Shown piece by piece: positions 62,428-64,000 of a stretch of 64,000 nt of DNA. Made by a program: the position numbers and the translations under genes. The DNA lies in the NCBI GenBank assembly GCA_050951325.1, contig JBMNIW010000006.1, positions 32,001 to 96,000 on the forward strand, read 5' to 3'. The notes under the pieces are model-generated. The model did no database searches. It worked only from the letters and a program-made list of their open reading frames with translations, and was not told where the DNA came from. The DNA is from Clostridia bacterium (lineage in GTDB: Bacteria > Bacillota > Clostridia > UBA1212 > DUPL01). Numbering within the stretch: position 1 is the stretch's first letter; each line of letters opens with the position of its first letter.

Positions 62428-63412
62428 CCCCTTCCGCTTCTTTTGTAGTTTCTTTGGATTTGTCTGCGCTTTCGTTATCTATGAGATACTTTTTAATAGT
62501 ATTATTAACGTAAAAGTTGTTTAAGAACCCAATAAATGCAGGAGTGATAAATATATACAAAACCGTGGGTATTACCAAGGTAGAATTGCCAAACATAAAC
62601 AGGAACGGCAGAGCAATCAATACCGCATTCAATATGAGTATCAAAAGGTTAGGTATCCACCTTATCAATGACAGTATAATTGCATTCTTGTAAAGCTGTT
62701 TGTACGTGACATTGAAGGTAACCATGATGGGGTATGCATATAAATTTACCATCATAAGAAGAAGCGACAAAAACAGGATAACTGCAATTGCAATAAACAG
62801 TATGAAGGAAGGTACATTGGAAAACTGTCCCTGACTGTTGTTGCTGATTGCCATGTAAGCTGCCGCATCCACCATAAGGAAAAAACCTGCCACAAAGTTT
62901 GTCAGCCCCACTTTCAATCCTAGTTTGAAATTGCTTCTTGCCTTTGTTTTGAAATCATGCCACAGAAATACAGGATTCTCCGTGACAATACTTCTGAGCA
63001 GGTATGTAAATCCTGCGTAGAAAGGACCAACTGCAAAAATCGGAACAACAGTGGTTATGATTGCTGTAAATGCTATTACAATAATTATTGTCTGCCTTGC
63101 CATTTCCGTTGCGGATTCCCTGTTCTGAAGGAACTGTGAAATGGCATTGTCCGAACCTTCAAGCGTCACAAACAAAGATGCCGCAACCAGGAATACCAAT
63201 GTTGCAACAAAAAGAGAAATTATTGCGCTGGGCAAATACAAAAAATTCGCACCGATTAACCTATATCTTTTTTCCCAGAATCTGCTCCAAAACCTAAAAA
63301 ATGCTCTTTTCTGAGGAGCGTCCTTTTCTATACCTTTTCCGTCTTTTGTAAAATCTAAAAATTTGAACAATTTCAATATTAACACTCCAAATAATACTTG
63401 TCTTGCGCACAA
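62417..63412 (-). CDS. DUF624/YesL-family integral membrane protein
   Basis: FFRFW, NFLY, GPFYAG..Y, WHDFK...RSNFK and YKNAIIL; multiple TMs. Confidence 0.75.
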   Translation of the reverse strand: MCARQVLFGVLILKLFKFLDFTKDGKGIEKDAPQKRAFFRFWSRFWEKRYRLIGANFLYLPSAIISLFVATLVFLVAASLFVTLEGSDNAISQFLQNRESATEMARQTIIIVIAFTAIITTVVPIFAVGPFYAGFTYLLRSIVTENPVFLWHDFKTKARSNFKLGLKVGLTNFVAGFFLMVDAAAYMAISNNSQGQFSNVPSFILFIAIAVILFLSLLLMMVNLYAYPIMVTFNVTYKQLYKNAIILSLIRWIPNLLILILNAVLIALPFLFMFGNSTLVIPTVLYIFITPAFIGFLNNFYVNNTIKKYLIDNESADKSKETTKEAEGDVI

Positions 63413-63541
63413 TTAATTATACCATACGTTTGACTTTATCCACAACACAAAAAATGGTTCTTTTCAAGAACGTTTTTGCTTTGTACAAAAGTATGCATTA
63501 TGGTAACATATATTGTACAAGTTATTAAAGGAGTTGGAAAC

Positions 63542-64000
63542 ATGCCCTATGATGGGATAGTCGCAAACGCAGCAGTATGGGAATTGTCAGGACTGCTGGC
63601 AGGAGGAAGAATAGAAAAAGTTTACCAAACGGAGAGAGATGAAATAACTTTACTCATACATTCCATGGGGGAAAGATTCAGGCTGCTTGCCAGCGCAAAC
63701 GCCACCTACCCCAGACTTCATCTTACAATCGGGAAGAAAGAAAATCCTATGAATCCACCACCTTTCTGCATGGTGCTGAGAAAGCATCTTCAGGGCGGAA
63801 GAGTTGTGGACATAACCCAGTCAGGATACGATAGAATCATAACTCTTACCATTGTAAAAACGGATGAAATGGGCGATCTTGTAAAGAAGCACCTGGTTGT
63901 TGAAATAATGGGAAGGCACAGCAATATAATTCTCGTAAACGATTCCAAAACAATCATAGACTCAATAAAGCATGTAGACGCAAATATTAGCAGTGTAAGG
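63542..64000 (+). CDS. rqcH: RqcH/FbpA (NFACT family) ribosome quality-control protein, 3'-truncated by the window edge
   Basis: Manual translation MPYDGIV...GGRIEKVYQ...PPPFCMVLRKHLQGG...DRII...EIMGRHSNIIL...IIDSIKHV; AGGAG RBS. Confidence 0.92.
   Translation, partial: MPYDGIVANAAVWELSGLLAGGRIEKVYQTERDEITLLIHSMGERFRLLASANATYPRLHLTIGKKENPMNPPPFCMVLRKHLQGGRVVDITQSGYDRIITLTIVKTDEMGDLVKKHLVVEIMGRHSNIILVNDSKTIIDSIKHVDANISSVR

Noticed and set aside
1-64000. CRISPR array, rRNA, tRNA, prophage or integrase
   Set aside because: No regularly spaced repeats, RNA-gene signatures or phage/integrase motifs were seen by eye. The only long exact repeat found is the IS1634 duplication.

Overview
A 64-kb stretch of chromosome from a low-GC, probably spore-forming Clostridia-like anaerobe. 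Taxonomy is inferred from sleB, CotH, a T-box leader, cdaA-cdaR, rubrerythrin and a yrrD-yrzQ-yrrI-like cluster. Most of it is housekeeping or carbohydrate/cell-envelope DNA: sbcD/sbcC, cdaA-cdaR, ftsH, pheST with a Phe T-box, argGH, melA-like GH4, thrS-thyA-folA, nagB-glmM, GH106, CotH, sleB and a partial rqcH. Two accessory zones stand out. (1) 10.5-15.2 kb holds an uncharacterised ABC/AAA_21 ATPase + TOPRIM-like pair (candidate anti-phage system), a third orphan gene and an orphan surface-protein pair. (2) 32.6-38.2 kb is an IS graveyard: an IS5/IS1182-like relic, an intact IS1634-family element with a perfect 74-bp target duplication, an IS256 pseudogene carrying a ~135-nt GC-rich rod-like RNA structure, and a TnpB relic whose right end supplies a host gene's stop codon. 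Two single-base frameshifts in conserved genes (sbcC, DUF3810) suggest indel errors in the assembly. No CRISPR array, rRNA or tRNA was seen. All family assignments are from motif recognition by eye, not database searches.
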